Shown: positions 62,500 through 64,000 of the stretch, piece after piece | Position numbering within the stretch: the first letter of the stretch is position 1 | Layout: each line of letters opens with the position of its first letter | From: Chiloscyllium plagiosum | Taxonomy: Eukaryota | DNA: 64,000 nucleotides | Reading direction: 5' to 3' | Assembly: GCF_004010195.1 (NCBI RefSeq) | Contig: NC_057719.1 | Location: 33,317,520-33,381,519, forward strand | The notes under the pieces: generated by a model | Databases searched by the model: none | The model's input: only the letters and a program-made list of their open reading frames with translations | Told to the model about the DNA's origin: nothing | Program-made: the position numbers and the translations under genes

Positions 62500-63950
62500 A
62501 TTATGCAAAAGGAGCAAATCGATAGAGGCCCTGGTGGAGGATAGAAATTGTGGGTGGATCTTAAGAAAACAATTAAGCAAGCAAAGAGGCGCATGAGAAA
62601 ACACTGACAGGTAAAATTAGGGAGAATCCGAAGTTATTCTAACAATGTAGTAAGGGGAAGAGAATAACCAGAAAAAGACTAGGAGCCATTACGGACCAAA
62701 GGGGCAAACTATGCATGGAAATGGAGGCTATTGGCAGGGTGACAAACAAATGCTTCACACCTGTCTTCATTCAGGGAAAGGAGGATGTAGATATAGATCT
62801 TGGGATGAGTGATTGTGAGGGTCTTGAGCAGATTGACATTTAAATGAGGACTTAGTTAGAGACAACAACACTGCAGATGTTGGAATCTGAGGTAAACAAA
62901 AGACTGGAAGAACACAGCAGCATCAGGAAGTGGGGAAATCAAAGTTTCGGGTATAACCCTTCTTCAGGATTCAAGGTGGGGGTAGAGGGGGGAACGAGGG
63001 GGGGGGCCAGGTTANNNNNNNNNGGGAAGGGGGGGGGGGGGGGAAGGTTATGGGTGGGGAGAGGGGCAAAGTGGTGAAGTAGAGATAGGTGAATACAGGT
63101 GGTGGGTACGATGTGGTTGGTCGATGGGAAAGAAGAATCCAGTTGGAAGCTAGAAGGAATGGTCAGTCGGAGGGATGGAAGGGAGGAGGCGAGAGATGGA
63201 TTGGAAGGTTATTTGAAATTGGAGAACCAATTGAAATTGAGGTTAATTTTGAAATAACGAGATCGAGAGCGGGTAACAGACTGGCATGGGATGTTCAGGT
63301 GGAGGGGACGTATTGAGTCCTCCGGGCTGCAGGATCTTCTGCCTTTCTAGCCCCGCCTCTTCCCTTCCATCCCACCCACTGACCCTCCCTTCCACCTACA
63401 ACTGGATTCATTCCTCCCATCGTCATACTCACCACCTATCATGACCTCACCACTCCGCCCCTTTCCCCATCCAAAACGCTCACCCCACTTTATCTGCAGC
63501 TCTCCCATCCCCACCCCCAGTCCTTAAGAAGGGTTATACCCAAACCTCTGACTTCTCCACCACCTGACATTGCTTGGCTTGCCGTGTTCTTCCAGCCTCC
63601 TCCTTATCTACCTTGGAAATGAGGAGGCATTTGACGTTGTGCCAAGCTTAAAAGTTGACAAATTACCAGGTCCAGATGAGTTGTATATTAAAAGAGTATG
63701 TTTGCTGTGGAAGAGGAGACTCTGACCCAAATTTTGAATTCCTCTCTGGCCAAAGGGAAGTGCCAGAGGACTGGAGGACAGCTAATGTGGTTTCACTTTT
63801 TGAGAAAGATGGTAAAACTAAACCAGGGAATTATAGACCAGTGAGTCCCACAACAGTGGGAGGGAACACATTAGACAATATTCTGTCAGAGAGAATTAAT
63901 CTCTACTTGGAGAAGTATAATTGATGAGGGATAATCAGCGTGGTTTTGAC
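62500..63950 (+). mobile_element. CR1 fragment interrupted by a PLE fold-back
   Basis: KIRENPKLF; EVPEDWRTANVVSLFEK...NYRPVS. Confidence 0.8.
62858..63612 (-). mobile_element. PLE fold-back element related to 28893-30265, containing a small N gap
   Basis: Inverted arms; hammerhead 62937-62971(-) AAUC-CUGAAGA-A-GGGU(UAU)ACCC-GAAA-CUUU-GAUU; decayed copy at 63520-63554. Confidence 0.75.
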
Positions 63951-64000
63951 TTCCTACAAACTAGAGCAGTGGCTATGGTGAACCCACAGCTCTGCCTACC

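Overview
Repeat-dense vertebrate DNA, almost certainly from a shark or ray (HE1-type V-SINEs, their partner CR1 LINEs and a Deu-domain SINE). No host protein-coding exon is recognisable and nearly every long ORF is a decayed transposon fragment. Main contents: several CR1 LINEs with nested Rex1 insertions; Penelope-like element (PLE) remnants; a full-length but disabled L1-clade LINE (31866-37631); a Gmr1-type Gypsy LTR element with PR-IN-RT-RH domain order (46087-57876, minus strand); an internally deleted endogenous retrovirus inserted in its RT (47971-53521), with tRNA-Pro PBS, 5-bp TSD, a gag UAG-readthrough pseudoknot and an env TM remnant; and two intron-containing Harbinger-type Myb/SANT gene relics. 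The most striking hidden signal is a dispersed set of at least 13 minimal hammerhead-ribozyme motifs (CUGANGA-A / helix II / GAAA / palindromic helix III) with covarying helices. They sit in PLE termini and in 120-250 bp fold-back insertions with 8-22 bp TSDs, whose inversion points repeatedly map to the ribozyme itself. Also present are a 266-bp near-perfect local inverted duplication and a 2-kb duplication across an N gap that is probably an assembly artefact. All alignments, identities and family assignments were made by eye, and boundaries of old repeats are approximate.
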